Of a DNA stretch of 64,000 bases, positions 1 to 10,068 are shown one piece after another; the stretch's first letter is position 1, and each line of letters begins with the position of its first letter. Source of the DNA: an uncultured Fibrobacteraceae bacterium (lineage in GTDB: Bacteria; Krumholzibacteriota; Krumholzibacteriia; LZORAL124-64-63); contig CAZSNA010000003.1 in the NCBI GenBank assembly GCA_964607825.1, forward strand, positions 552-64,551. Reading direction: 5' to 3'. Both the position numbers and the translations under genes were made by a program. The notes beneath the pieces were generated by a model. That model made no database searches. It worked only from the letters and a program-made list of their open reading frames with translations, and was not told where the DNA came from.

Positions 1-689
1 GGCTCGAGCACGACGACGACGACGCGGCCGCCCCCGGCCCCGGGACCGAGGCCGCCCCGCCGCGCACCTGGGAACCCTGCGGTTGGCGACCCCTGGTGGA
101 GATCTCATCGCCCAGCCGGGCCCCGGCCCCGCCTCTGCCCGAGGACACACTGAACGAGGATCGGGTCGCCGCCCGCGAGACCGCGGACGGCGCCGTCGAT
201 CCGCCCTCTCCCGATCCCGCCGCCCGCGAGGCCGCCCGGGCCCACGGCGTGGCCGTCCACGCCTGGCTGGAACGCGCGGCCGAGACCGGTGCGATGCCGC
301 CGGGCGACGGCCCCGCCCGCGCCGAGGCCCGCGCCGTCTTCCACAATCCCGCCTACGCCTGGATCTTCCGCCCCGACGACGGCGAGGCCCTCTGCGAAGC
401 GCCGATCATCGCGCGCGGGGCCGCCGCGTCGGACGGCGTCGAGACCCGCACCCTCGGCATCGTCGACCGCCTGCTCCTGCGCGACGCCGAGACCGTGATC
501 GTCGACTACAAGTCCAACCGCGTCGCCGAGACCGACCTGCCGGCGGTCGTCGCGCACTACCGTCCCCAGATGCACGCGTACCGGGACGCTCTCGCGGCGA
601 TCCGGCCGGACCGCCCGGTGCGGCTGCACCTGCTGTTCACGGGATTGGAAGGGCCGGACGGCCCCGGTCGGCTGATCGAGATCGACTAG
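1..689 (+). CDS. Partial CDS running in from upstream: C-terminal PD-(D/E)XK (RecB-type) nuclease domain of a UvrD/AddA-like helicase-nuclease
   Basis: Frame 0 is open from the window edge. The motif 'GIVDRLLL...IVDYKSN' matches RecB-family nuclease motifs II/III (DYK[ST]). The gene ends at TAG 687-689. Confidence 0.5.
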   Translation, partial: LEHDDDDAAAPGPGTEAAPPRTWEPCGWRPLVEISSPSRAPAPPLPEDTLNEDRVAARETADGAVDPPSPDPAAREAARAHGVAVHAWLERAAETGAMPPGDGPARAEARAVFHNPAYAWIFRPDDGEALCEAPIIARGAAASDGVETRTLGIVDRLLLRDAETVIVDYKSNRVAETDLPAVVAHYRPQMHAYRDALAAIRPDRPVRLHLLFTGLEGPDGPGRLIEID

Positions 690-1669
690 GGCACGATCAC
701 CGCCGCCCCCTCGAAGCGACCGTGCCTCAGATCCTCCAGCGCCGCGTTGGCATCCTCGAGATCGTAGGCGGTGACCGTCGTGCGCACCGGCACCCGGGGC
801 GCCACGGCCAGGAACGCCTCCCCGTCGCGCCGCGTGAGGTTGGCCACCGAACGCACCGTGCGCTCCATCCACAACAGTTCGTAGGGGAAGGCGGGGATCT
901 CGCTCATGTGGATGCCGGCGCAGACCACGACGCCGCCCCGGTCGACGGCGCGCAGGGCCGCGGGCACCAGCTCGCCCGCCGGCGCGAAGATGATCGCCGC
1001 GTCGAGGGGTTCCGGCGCCGGAGCGTCGGACGGCCCGGCCCAGACGGCGCCCAGCCCGCGGGCGAAGGCGCGGCTCGCCTCGTCGTCGGCGCGCGTGAAG
1101 GCGTAGACCTCCCGCCCCTCCCAGACCGCCACCTGGGCGATGATGTGCGCGGCCGACCCGAAACCGTAGAGACCGAGGCGGCGGGCGTCGCCGCACATCC
1201 GGTAGGCGCGCCAGCCGATCAGGCCGGCGCAGAGCAGGGGCGCGGCCTGCAGGTCGGAGTAGTCGTCGGGCAGGGGGAAGGCGAAACGGGCGTCCGCGAC
1301 GCAGGCCTCGGCGAAGCCGCCCGGGCGCTGGTAACCGGTGTAGACCGCATCCGCGCAGAGGTTCTCGCGGCCCGCGCCGCAGAAGCGGCAGTCCCCGCAG
1401 CTCCCCCCCAGCCAGGGCACGCCCACGCGGTCGCCGGGCGCGAAATCCGCGACGCCTTCGCCCAGCGCCTCCACGCGTCCGACGATCTGATGTCCGGGCA
1501 CCAGGGGCAGGACGGGATCGGCCAGCTCGCCGTCGAGCACGTGCAGGTCGGTGCGGCACACGCCGCAGGCGGCCACGCGCAACCGCAGTTCGCCGGGCCC
1601 CGGTTCGGGCACGGGCAGGTCGGCGGGACGCAGCGGCCCGCCGGGCGCGTTCAGGATCATGGCGCGCAT
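686..1669 (-). CDS. Zinc-dependent alcohol dehydrogenase (MDR family)
   Basis: 327 aa. 'GVCRTDLHV...GHQIVGRV' catalytic-zinc motif, a 'GSCGDCRFCGAG' structural-zinc Cys cluster, and a Rossmann 'GLYGFGSAAH' motif. Confidence 0.85.
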   Translation of the reverse strand: MRAMILNAPGGPLRPADLPVPEPGPGELRLRVAACGVCRTDLHVLDGELADPVLPLVPGHQIVGRVEALGEGVADFAPGDRVGVPWLGGSCGDCRFCGAGRENLCADAVYTGYQRPGGFAEACVADARFAFPLPDDYSDLQAAPLLCAGLIGWRAYRMCGDARRLGLYGFGSAAHIIAQVAVWEGREVYAFTRADDEASRAFARGLGAVWAGPSDAPAPEPLDAAIIFAPAGELVPAALRAVDRGGVVVCAGIHMSEIPAFPYELLWMERTVRSVANLTRRDGEAFLAVAPRVPVRTTVTAYDLEDANAALEDLRHGRFEGAAVIVP

Positions 1670-1737
1670 GGGGAGACCTCCTCGCGGAGGCCATCATGGC
1701 TCAGGGGGCGGGCGAACTCAACCGCGGGGAACGAGAC

Positions 1738-1767
1738 GCGACGGTCCACCCCGGCGGGTGGACCGTC
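1738..1767. other. GC-rich hairpin with a perfect 12-bp stem (gacggtccaccc cggc gggtggaccgtc) between the ADH and the downstream hypothetical gene
   Basis: Seen directly. There is no T-tract, so it may be a terminator for the minus-strand gene 1802..2373 or a stability element. Confidence 0.35.
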
Positions 1768-1801
1768 TCGAATCTATGAGTGCTGCTCGCGAACCGGCCG
1801 T

Positions 1802-2373
1802 CTAGGCCCGTTCGTCCAGGCCGCCGCTCAGGATCTCGTCGGGCGTCATCGCGCCGACCTCGGGCATCTCCACCTCGGGCGGGTAGTCCACCCTGGGCGG
1901 CTCCGGAGGCACGGACGGAAGCACGCCTTCCAGGCTGAACTTCAGACTGCGGGCGAGCTTGTTCACCGCCTCGAACACACCCTTGGACACGAAGTCGACG
2001 TCGACGGGCGACTCGGTCCCCTGCTGGGTCCGATCACGGATCGACTGGACGTCGGCCTTGAACGTCGCCTCGGCCCGGTCGATCTCCTCGACGGAGAGGA
2101 TCTCGGTGATCTTGTTGTCCTCCCGGGTCTGCTGGACCTGGGACGTGACGCTCTCCTCGAACTTGGAGAGGAACTGCTGCATCCGACTCTGATGGTCTCC
2201 CGACACGTAGGACTCGAGCGAGTTGCCCTGTCCCTGAGTGGCGGTCTGCTCGGTCTCGGGCGCTGCTTGGATGCTTCCGGCTTGCACGTCTTGGGAGTTG
2301 GCGCTTTCCCTAGCCTGCTGCGCCGGAGGGAGCATCATCTGGGACCGGGCCCCAATTGCCTCGATGGCCATGA
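1802..2373 (-). CDS. Hypothetical Gln/Glu-rich protein of about 190 aa
   Basis: Coding-like composition. An RBS GGAAAGGAGACGATC precedes the ATG (MAIEAIGARS...). I recognise no domain. Confidence 0.5.
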
Positions 2374-2549
2374 TCGTCTCCTTTCCGACCTTTCCTGCCT
2401 GCCTAACCCCGCGCCTTCCATGGCGCTCATGCACTCTATCGGCAGCCGGTCCAGAGAACTTGAGCCCGAATTAACAGATGATTCGAAAAAAACCGTTCAG
2501 GAAAACACTGAGTCGCCGTCGGGAAACGACTGGGAACGATGGGGAACGA

Positions 2550-3542
2550 TCAGGGAGCCAGCGGCAGCTTGAGACCCACCGGGAGGTGGTCGCTCAGATT
2601 GGTCTCGTAGCCGTTCCAGCCGGTGTCGAGGTAGTCGTCCAGGGGAAAGGTGATCACCTCGACCCCGGGAGAGGCGAAATCCGCGAAGAGCTCGTCGGTC
2701 AGGAGGATGTGGTCGATGTGGCTGCTGTATCGGAAGGACCAGCTTCCGCTCGATCCCTCGGCCAGGTCCATGTCGGCGAAGACGTAGTCGTCGGTCGCGT
2801 CGAGGAAGACGTTGAAGACGTTGTCGTCGCGGGCGTCGGTCAGGCGGTCGTTCAGGTCGCCCAGCAGGATGACGGCCTCGTCGGGATGCTGCTCGCGGAT
2901 CCATTCCTCGAGCTGCACGACGGCGTTGAGGCGACGGGTCTCCTCGTCGTCGATGTCGCCGTCGTTGTCGTAATCCGGGTCCTCGGCGATCTCGCCGTCG
3001 CCGCAGCACTTGAGGTGGTTGTTGATCAGGATCAGCGGACGACCCTGGAATTCGCACTCCAGGACCAGCGGGCTGCGCGGGAAGGAATTCCAGTCCCCCG
3101 TGAAGATCTCGTAGGGTTCGCTCGTCATCGTAACCGTCTCGGAATTCCAGAGATAGGCCAGCTCATGCCACCCCGTGTACTGGGAGGCGCGGCGGCCTTC
3201 CCAGCCGTCGAGCGCTTCGAGCACGTCCTCGAATGACCGGTTGCTGGTGATCTCCTGGAGGGCGATGACGTCCGCGTCGAAGGCGCGTACGGCGTCCACC
3301 ACGTGGTCCACGCGGGTTACGCGGTGCATGTCCTCCTCGTCGGACCACGGGTCGTACGTGAAGTTCTCGATGTTCCAGGTGATGACGTCGAAGGTCTCCG
3401 GCGTGCCGAAGGAGAGATCGGTGAACAGGGTGTCGGGCGGCGTGGGCACGACCACGCGCGTGGTCTCGGACGTGCCGCAGCCGCCGGCCGCCAGGGCCAG
3501 CGCCGCCGCGCCGATCAGAATGAGAGCCCGTTTCCCGATCAT
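2550..3542 (-). CDS. Endonuclease/exonuclease/phosphatase (EEP) family lipoprotein
   Basis: Signal peptide plus lipobox 'LAAGGC'. EEP-like motifs 'ITWNIENF', 'DVIALQE' and 'LSDHLPV' near the C-terminus. Confidence 0.75.
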   Translation of the reverse strand: MIGKRALILIGAAALALAAGGCGTSETTRVVVPTPPDTLFTDLSFGTPETFDVITWNIENFTYDPWSDEEDMHRVTRVDHVVDAVRAFDADVIALQEITSNRSFEDVLEALDGWEGRRASQYTGWHELAYLWNSETVTMTSEPYEIFTGDWNSFPRSPLVLECEFQGRPLILINNHLKCCGDGEIAEDPDYDNDGDIDDEETRRLNAVVQLEEWIREQHPDEAVILLGDLNDRLTDARDDNVFNVFLDATDDYVFADMDLAEGSSGSWSFRYSSHIDHILLTDELFADFASPGVEVITFPLDDYLDTGWNGYETNLSDHLPVGLKLPLAP

Positions 3543-3754
3543 CGTATCCGCCTTTCCGGCTTCGAAGCCAGGATCAGAATGTCGGATCTGTCGATCCGGA
3601 TCGCAAGTCCCGTTCCCCCGGAAAGCCAAAAAAGGCATCGACTGGCCGTCCGGATTTATATATCTTGGACTCGACCGCGGTACGGAGATCGCTCGCCCTT
3701 CCAATGGTCACGACAACCCGGGGGATCGCAGAGGGCATGGAAAGGACACTGAGC

Positions 3755-4405
3755 ATGACGACCACCATCCTGCTGGCCGACGACCACCAACTCATGCGCG
3801 AAGGGCTGCGCGCCCTGATGTCGAAAGAGGACGAGGTGGACGTCGTCGGCGAGGCGACCAACGGTCTCCAGGCCTTCGAGATGGCTTGCGCCCACAAGCC
3901 CGACGTGGTCGTCATGGACATCAACATGCCCGAGCTCAACGGCATCGAGGCCGCCCGCAAGATCACCAAGCACTGCCCGGGCGTGAAGGTGCTGGCCCTG
4001 TCGGTCCACAGCGACCAGAACGTGGTGCTCGACATGCTCCGCGCCGGCGCCGCCGGCTACCTGCTCAAGGACTGCGCCCTCGACGAGCTGGCCCTGGCCA
4101 TCCGCATGATCATGGAGGGCAAGTACTACCTCAGTCCAGCCATCACCGGGACCGTGCTGGAGGACTTCCTCCACGACCGCGGCGAGCTGAGGACCAGCCT
4201 CTCGCTGCTGACCGTCCGCGAACGGGAAGTGTTGCAGATGATCGCCGAGGGCAAGTCCACCCGCGGCATCGCCGAGTCCCTCGGAATCAGCGCCAAGACG
4301 GTCGAGACCCACCGCCTGCGCCTGATGAAGAAGCTCGGGCTGCACAACGTGGCGGACCTGACGAAGTTCGCCCTGCGCGAAGGCCTCACCACCCTGGACT
4401 TCTAG
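3755..4405 (+). CDS. NarL/FixJ-family response regulator (REC domain plus LuxR-type helix-turn-helix)
   Basis: 'ILLADDHQLMREGL', 'DVVVMDINMPELNG' and a C-terminal 'LTVREREVLQMIAEGKSTRGIAESLGISAKTVETHR'. No adjacent histidine kinase. Confidence 0.85.
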   Translation: MTTTILLADDHQLMREGLRALMSKEDEVDVVGEATNGLQAFEMACAHKPDVVVMDINMPELNGIEAARKITKHCPGVKVLALSVHSDQNVVLDMLRAGAAGYLLKDCALDELALAIRMIMEGKYYLSPAITGTVLEDFLHDRGELRTSLSLLTVREREVLQMIAEGKSTRGIAESLGISAKTVETHRLRLMKKLGLHNVADLTKFALREGLTTLDF

Positions 4406-5934
4406 GCCCCGTCCGACCCCTCGGTCCGGCTGCGCCCGCCCGGGAGCAGGTCCCGCAGCATGCCCAGGTCCGAGCGATCCACGGCCTTGAACACGAACAT
4501 CAGTCCCACGTAGAGCAGCCCCGTCGCGGCCGTCAGGCCGATCATGAGCGGCAGGTCGTCGGCCGGCAGCGCGCGCCAGTCGACGTCGCGGCCCGGCAGC
4601 AGCAGTCGCCCGATCCAGACCGTGACGAACCAGGCCGCACCCAGCGCCGCGAGCGTGGTGAACCAGCCGCGCCGCGTGGCCACGCGCAGTCCGGCGCGCC
4701 GCACCTGCACCCGGTGCAGGACGTAGCCCACCAGCAGACTGAACACCGTGGTCATGGCCGCACCGTTCCACTTCCAGACCGGGATCAGCGCCAGGTTCAT
4801 GATCACGTTGGTGAACATGACGATCAGGGCGATGCGCATGAACACGCGCTCCCGCCCCGCCGACATGATCAGCCGGTTGTAGACGTGGTTCTGGGCCTGG
4901 AACGGCAGGGCGAGGATGCAGATGCGGAACACGACGATCGACGGCTCCAGGTTCGAGCTCTCGGCGATCAGCCGGATGACGAATTCCGCGGAGAGGATGC
5001 AGAGCAGCGTCAGCGGCAGGATCAGCAGGTTCAGGTAACGGAGCGACCGCTCCCCCATGCGCTCCACGTCGATGTTGTCCGTCTCGACCGCCTGCTCCCG
5101 GTAGCGTTGCAGCGACGGGAAGAGCGCCATGGCGAAGATGTTGGGGATGATCAGGAACAGGTCCAGGGGCCGGTGCCCGATGGCGTAGATGCCGGCGCCG
5201 ACCTTGCCCAGCATCTCCATGATCATCACGGTGTCGATCTTGTAGGAGATGATGCCGAAGGTCGTGGCCAGGAACATGGGGAAGCCCAGCCGCGCCATCC
5301 ACATCAGCCCGACGCCCTCGCCGGGCGCGCCGCGCCGCCAGGGCCCGCAATGGCGGATCATCAGCGGCACGATCACCACCAGCCGCGCCAGACGGCTCAG
5401 GACGTTGGCCCACACCACACCCATCAGGCCGTACCCCGCCTCGAGCCACCACCAGCCCAGGACGAAGTAGACGACCGCCGAGACGAGCTGGCTGGTGGTC
5501 TGGTGCTCCACCTTCTCGTGACCCTGGAGCACCGAGTCGCAGGCCATGCCCGTGGCCTCGAGGATCACGCCGAGGGCCATGATCAGGATCGCCTCGCGGG
5601 TCGGGGCGTCGTAGCCGGTGGCGTGGGCGTAGACCACGAGCACGCCGAAGATGGCCGCGCTCAGCAGCCAGCGGATGCGCAGCGCGGCCCACAGGATGGG
5701 CCAGGTGCCGGCCGGGTTCTTGACCACCTCGCGGGTGATCAGCACCACCAGCCCGAAGTTGGCCACGATCAGCGCGATCGAGGACAGGTCGACGGCCACG
5801 GCATAGACGCCCACGCCGTCGGTGTCGACCGCACCGGTCAGCTTGCGGAAGATGAAGAACGCGAGGATGCGGCCGACGAAGAGGCCGACCGTCATCAGCA
5901 CGGTGTTCTTGGCCACGAAGCGCGAGGCGCGCAC
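4402..5934 (-). CDS. Polysaccharide biosynthesis flippase (MOP superfamily, Wzx-like)
   Basis: 510 aa and polytopic (about 12-14 hydrophobic helices), with the typical N-terminal 'NTVLMTVGLFVGRILAF' segment. Confidence 0.75.
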   Translation of the reverse strand: MRASRFVAKNTVLMTVGLFVGRILAFFIFRKLTGAVDTDGVGVYAVAVDLSSIALIVANFGLVVLITREVVKNPAGTWPILWAALRIRWLLSAAIFGVLVVYAHATGYDAPTREAILIMALGVILEATGMACDSVLQGHEKVEHQTTSQLVSAVVYFVLGWWWLEAGYGLMGVVWANVLSRLARLVVIVPLMIRHCGPWRRGAPGEGVGLMWMARLGFPMFLATTFGIISYKIDTVMIMEMLGKVGAGIYAIGHRPLDLFLIIPNIFAMALFPSLQRYREQAVETDNIDVERMGERSLRYLNLLILPLTLLCILSAEFVIRLIAESSNLEPSIVVFRICILALPFQAQNHVYNRLIMSAGRERVFMRIALIVMFTNVIMNLALIPVWKWNGAAMTTVFSLLVGYVLHRVQVRRAGLRVATRRGWFTTLAALGAAWFVTVWIGRLLLPGRDVDWRALPADDLPLMIGLTAATGLLYVGLMFVFKAVDRSDLGMLRDLLPGGRSRTEGSDGA

Positions 5935-5944
5935 ATCAACCTCT

Positions 5945-7603
5945 CTAGAAGAAGCCGCCGGTGGCGGCGGTGAGCTTGGGACCGCCGTCGCCGAGCGGCC
6001 AGCTCAGGTCGAGCCGGGCCACGTCGGCGCGGGCCGACCGGGTGGGTCCGAAGCGCAGTCCCAGGCCCAGCTCGTGACGGGTGCGGGCGAAGGCGGGCGT
6101 GAGCCCGTCCCACCAGGTCGAACCTCCGGCGTAGAAGCCCGCCAGCCCCACCGTGTAGAAGCCGAGCAGCTCGCCCGGCAGCAGGTGGGCGTGCTCCGCG
6201 TTCCAGCGCACGAGGCGGTCGCCCACCCGGGCGTCATACTCCAGCGAGCGCAGGCCGCGTGTCAACCCGAGCACGAAGGCCTCGGTTCCCTCCAGGTGCT
6301 CGCCGTAGGCGGCCTCGACGGTGAGACGCGTCAGATCGCGGCGCCCGCTGTGCAGGAACCAGCCCGCCATGGCGTCGAGGGACAGGAAGCGGTTGCGCGC
6401 CGAGCCGTGGCTGCCGTCGCAGGTGAGGTCGGCGAGCAGCCAGCCGTCGCCCAGACGCGACCAGTCGCGCAGACGGCCCTCGAAGAGCAGACGCTCCCGG
6501 TCGCTGCCCAGGCCCGCCAGGGCGGGCCCCACGCGCAGGACCAGCCACGGATCCAGGAAGAGATCCTCCTCGGGACCGTAGCGCATGACGTGGGTCGCCT
6601 CGGCCCAGTTCCGCCCGCGGGTCTCCAGGGTCAGCATGGGCTGCATCAGGCGTCCGCTCTCGCGCGGCAGCGCGCCGCCGTGGGCGTTTCCGACGCAGGC
6701 GTAGGGCACGACCCGGCCGTCGGACAGCGTCGTGGTCGCCGGCCGGGCGTAGCGGCGCACGCGGTTGAGCAGACCCAGACCGACCCGCCAGATGCGCCCC
6801 CGCCCCTCGGGACTCAGGCGACGCGTCAGCTCCGCCGCGAAGCCGTCCTCGCGGCGCCACAGCTTGGCGTAGAGCCGGTCCGCGCCGCTGCAGCCCAGGT
6901 AGTAGCGGGGCTCGCTGCGGGTGTCCCAGCCGGAGGCCTCCAGGCTCCACGGGTCGTCGTCGCGCAGGAAGGGGCGGTCGATCCTGAGGGTCTTGGCGTG
7001 GCCGTCGCTGAAGTCGGCGTAGTTCGCGCGCAGGCTCAGGGTCGAGCCGAGCAGGCGGCGGTTGGCGAAGACCAGGTTGCGGAAGCTGCGGTCCTCGTCC
7101 TCGCCCAGGCCCGCCTGCAGGGTCGCGCCGTAGCCCAGGAAGTTCTTGTCCGAGCCCAGGACGTACCAGCGATCGCCGCCGCTCGAGCGGGAGTAGGCGA
7201 GCTGCGTGGTCAGGGACCAGGTCTCCTGGACGCGCACCGCCACGGGCACGCGACCGTCGGGCAGGGTGTCCAGGGGCGTCACCGACACGTTGGTCAGGTA
7301 GCCGAGGCCGCGCAGGTTGCGCTCGGTCTCGCGCAGGACGTCGGGATCGAGGGGATCGCCGGGCGCGAAGAGCAGCTCCCGGCGGAGGATGCCGTGCCGC
7401 GTGCCGGTATGGACCGTGTTCATGGCCCCGCGCACGAAACGGATCAGGCCGTGGGCGTTCTCCAGCTCCTCGCGACCGTATATATCGGTCACCACGAGGT
7501 TCACCTCGCCGACCCGCAGATCCGACGTCTCGGCGGACGCGAGCGATCCGGCCGCCAGGAGCGCGAGCAGGAACAGGAGGCGGTGCTGGGGGCGACGTGT
7601 CAT
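5945..7603 (-). CDS. Omp85/BamA-family outer-membrane protein (POTRA plus surface antigen D15 beta-barrel)
   Basis: Signal peptide, beta-strand-rich C-terminal half with alternating hydrophobics, and a C-terminal aromatic 'GGFF'. Confidence 0.7.
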   Translation of the reverse strand: MTRRPQHRLLFLLALLAAGSLASAETSDLRVGEVNLVVTDIYGREELENAHGLIRFVRGAMNTVHTGTRHGILRRELLFAPGDPLDPDVLRETERNLRGLGYLTNVSVTPLDTLPDGRVPVAVRVQETWSLTTQLAYSRSSGGDRWYVLGSDKNFLGYGATLQAGLGEDEDRSFRNLVFANRRLLGSTLSLRANYADFSDGHAKTLRIDRPFLRDDDPWSLEASGWDTRSEPRYYLGCSGADRLYAKLWRREDGFAAELTRRLSPEGRGRIWRVGLGLLNRVRRYARPATTTLSDGRVVPYACVGNAHGGALPRESGRLMQPMLTLETRGRNWAEATHVMRYGPEEDLFLDPWLVLRVGPALAGLGSDRERLLFEGRLRDWSRLGDGWLLADLTCDGSHGSARNRFLSLDAMAGWFLHSGRRDLTRLTVEAAYGEHLEGTEAFVLGLTRGLRSLEYDARVGDRLVRWNAEHAHLLPGELLGFYTVGLAGFYAGGSTWWDGLTPAFARTRHELGLGLRFGPTRSARADVARLDLSWPLGDGGPKLTAATGGFF

Positions 7604-7854
7604 GTCAGGGCGGCTTTCGGGTGTGTCATGTCTGTCGTTTTGTCAGCTCTTCGTGTCAGACACGGGGGGCTCCTCGTCTGGATGTGCGCGTGGCTCTTCT
7701 GGCCGCGCACCTCGTATCTTTATGATCGTGAATCAGTTACGAAAAAGCAACCTCGGGCCGCCCGCGTGTGGCACGGACATTGTCTATTGCCGGGCGAGTT
7801 CAGTCCAAGAGCCGCCGCGGCGGCGGAACCATAGAGACCACAGGAGGACCCGAA

Positions 7855-8271
7855 ATGACGACCACCACCCTGATGCCCCTGAGCCGCATGCTGGATTCCT
7901 TCTTCGCGCCGAGCGCCTGCCGCGCCGAGACCGACGCGCCCCTGCGCCGCGTCCCCCGCGCCGAGATCCTCGAGGGCGAGAAGGACTACATCATCCGCAT
8001 GGACCTGCCCGGGGTCAACCGCGAGAACCTCGACATCGAACTCGAGGACGAGACCCTGACGGTCAAGGCCGTCCGCGACGTCGGCGCCCCCGAGGGCTAC
8101 CGCGCCCTGCGCCGCGAGACCGTCGGCGGCAAGGTCGACTACGAGCGCGCCTTCACCCTGGGCCGCACCGTCGATCCCGCCGACGTGAGCGCCCGGCTGG
8201 AGAACGGCACCCTCACGCTGACGCTGCCCAAGTCGGACCAGGCCGTGGCCCGTCGGATCGAAGTCGAATAA
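7855..8271 (+). CDS. Hsp20 / alpha-crystallin small heat-shock protein
   Basis: The ACD region 'DYIIRMDLPGVNRENLDIELEDETLTVKA...GTLTLTLPK'. RBS GGAGG sits 7 nt upstream of the ATG. Confidence 0.85.
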   Translation: MTTTTLMPLSRMLDSFFAPSACRAETDAPLRRVPRAEILEGEKDYIIRMDLPGVNRENLDIELEDETLTVKAVRDVGAPEGYRALRRETVGGKVDYERAFTLGRTVDPADVSARLENGTLTLTLPKSDQAVARRIEVE

Positions 8272-8356
8272 GGACGCCTCGACCGCACGGAGGCGAGCGG
8301 CACCAGAGGCGAAAAGGCCGGGACATCGTCCCGGCCTTCGTCTATCTTGTCGAACC

Positions 8357-9232
8357 ATGAAACTCGTGACCTTCGCCCATCCCGCGGGCCCCCGGCCCGG
8401 CGTCGCCCTGAGCGACAAGATCTTCCTGGACCTGCTCGCCGCGGATCCCGAGCTGCCCGGCGACTGGCCCCGTCTCTTCGCGCACCTCGACCGCGTGGCC
8501 GAGCTCGCCGCCCGCTGGCGGGACCCGGGCGGCGTCATCGACGGCGTGCCCCTGATCTCCAGCAACAAGCATCCGCTGCTGCCGCCGATCACGGCGCCCT
8601 CGAAGATCGTGGCGGTGGGCCTGAACTACCGCGACCACGCCGAGGAACAGGACAAGCAGCCGCCCGCCCAGCCCATGCTCTTCAGCAAGGCCAGCACCTG
8701 CCTGCAGGCCCACAACGGGCCCATCGTGCTCGAGCCCGACCTGACCCGCGTGGACGCCGAGGCCGAGCTGGCCGTGGTGATCGGCCGGCCCGGCCGCGGC
8801 ATCTCCCGCGAGAACGCCCACGAGTACATCGCCGGCTACATGTGCCTCAACGACGTCTCCGACCGCGAGGCGCAGCGTATCGACAAGCAGTTCTTCCGCG
8901 CCAAGAGCCTCGACACGGGCGGCCCCTGCGGCCCGTGGCTGGTCACGCCGGACGAGGTGCCGCCCCTGGCCCACGGGCTGTCGGTGCGCGGCCTGCTCAA
9001 CGGCGAGGTCGTCCAGGACGGCAACACCGAGGACCTCATCTTCCCGATCGATGAGCTGATCCGCTTCGCCAGCCGTCACATGACCCTGCTGCCCGGCGAC
9101 ATCCTCGCCACCGGCACGCCCGCCGGCGTGGGCGTCTTCCGCGATCCGCCGCGCTTCCTGCGGGCGGGAGACGTGTACGAGGTCGTGATCGAGGACGTCG
9201 GCCACCTCGTCAACCCCGTCATATCGGTCTAG
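8357..9232 (+). CDS. Fumarylacetoacetate hydrolase (FAH) family protein (2-keto-4-pentenoate hydratase / HpcE-like)
   Basis: 'VGLNYRDHAEE', 'LFSKASTCL' and 'ELAVVIGR' are typical of the FAH fold. Confidence 0.85.
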   Translation: MKLVTFAHPAGPRPGVALSDKIFLDLLAADPELPGDWPRLFAHLDRVAELAARWRDPGGVIDGVPLISSNKHPLLPPITAPSKIVAVGLNYRDHAEEQDKQPPAQPMLFSKASTCLQAHNGPIVLEPDLTRVDAEAELAVVIGRPGRGISRENAHEYIAGYMCLNDVSDREAQRIDKQFFRAKSLDTGGPCGPWLVTPDEVPPLAHGLSVRGLLNGEVVQDGNTEDLIFPIDELIRFASRHMTLLPGDILATGTPAGVGVFRDPPRFLRAGDVYEVVIEDVGHLVNPVISV

Positions 9233-9529
9233 CCTCCGTCCAGGGCCCCTCTCCCGTCGTCATCAACGCCTGTTCGGCTAGTGCCTTTCGTTGCGAATCC
9301 TCGTCGTAGCTACGGCTACGACTGCGGTTCGCGCCTCAGTCACGAGCCGACCAGGCGCTCCCGGCTCGGTCCGAGGGTCCTTGGACGGAGCCTAGACCGA
9401 TGCCCCCCCCCTCGCAGACTGGATCCGGCTATCAAGGGTCGCGGATGACGGCCGATACCCCTCCTGACAGCGACCACTCCAGCCGACAACGCACGGAGGA
9501 TCGCGGGGGATCCTCCGGAGGTAGCCAGT

Positions 9530-10066
9530 ATGAAAGAGGCCGCGACGATCACTCCGTCACAGATGACCAGGATCTTCCTCTCTCTGCCGCCCTACCATTT
9601 CTACGGCCACGACCAGTCGGCCGTGAAACACGAGCAGATGTTCCGGCTCTCGCTGGCCCAGATGCTCCAGGAGGTCGCCGAGCGGCTGCTGAACACCTCC
9701 GAGCTGCGCGGCACCGCCATGAGCCACGAGCAGCACGAGACGCTCGAGGAGGTGGTCGAGGACATCGGAACCCTGATCGCCCACCTGAACCGCCGCGGCC
9801 AGGTCCGGATCGCCGGCTCGACGACCGAGACCATCGACGAGCTGCGCGACCTGGACAACAAGCTCATCATGCTGCTCGAGCAAACCTGGCACATGTCGAT
9901 GGTGGTGCTGCGGCCGGACTGCCCGGCCGAGCGTTTCGACGAGGGGGCCCATTACCTCTCGCTCATGCTGCAGGCCTTCGCCGACACCGCGGAGGAGCGC
10001 AACGCGCGTCTCGGGCTGGGCTGGGAATCGGAGTTCGGCATGAGCCCCATGCCGCGGAAGGAGTAG
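9530..10066 (+). CDS. Hypothetical acidic, helical protein (178 aa)
   Basis: RBS GGAGG precedes the ATG. Good coding composition, whereas the overlapping frame of ORF 9400.. is Arg/Gly-rich junk. No known domain. Confidence 0.5.
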   Translation: MKEAATITPSQMTRIFLSLPPYHFYGHDQSAVKHEQMFRLSLAQMLQEVAERLLNTSELRGTAMSHEQHETLEEVVEDIGTLIAHLNRRGQVRIAGSTTETIDELRDLDNKLIMLLEQTWHMSMVVLRPDCPAERFDEGAHYLSLMLQAFADTAEERNARLGLGWESEFGMSPMPRKE

Positions 10067-10068
10067 GG

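Noticed and set aside
83-2572. An 829-aa ORF, and similar long ORFs at 3175..5973, 5822..7834, 19876..22839, 38050..41784 and 58087..60861, overlapping the real genes on the other strand or in another frame
   Set aside because: Their translations are Arg/Gly/Pro/Ala-rich low-complexity strings, typical of antisense frames in 70% GC DNA. Each is fully covered by a gene with recognisable domains.
7769-7790. A possible sigma54 -24/-12 element, TGGCACG-gaca-TTGTC, upstream of hsp20
   Set aside because: The critical -12 GC dinucleotide is GT here, and no enhancer-binding-protein gene or upstream activator sites are nearby. It cannot be supported from sequence alone.
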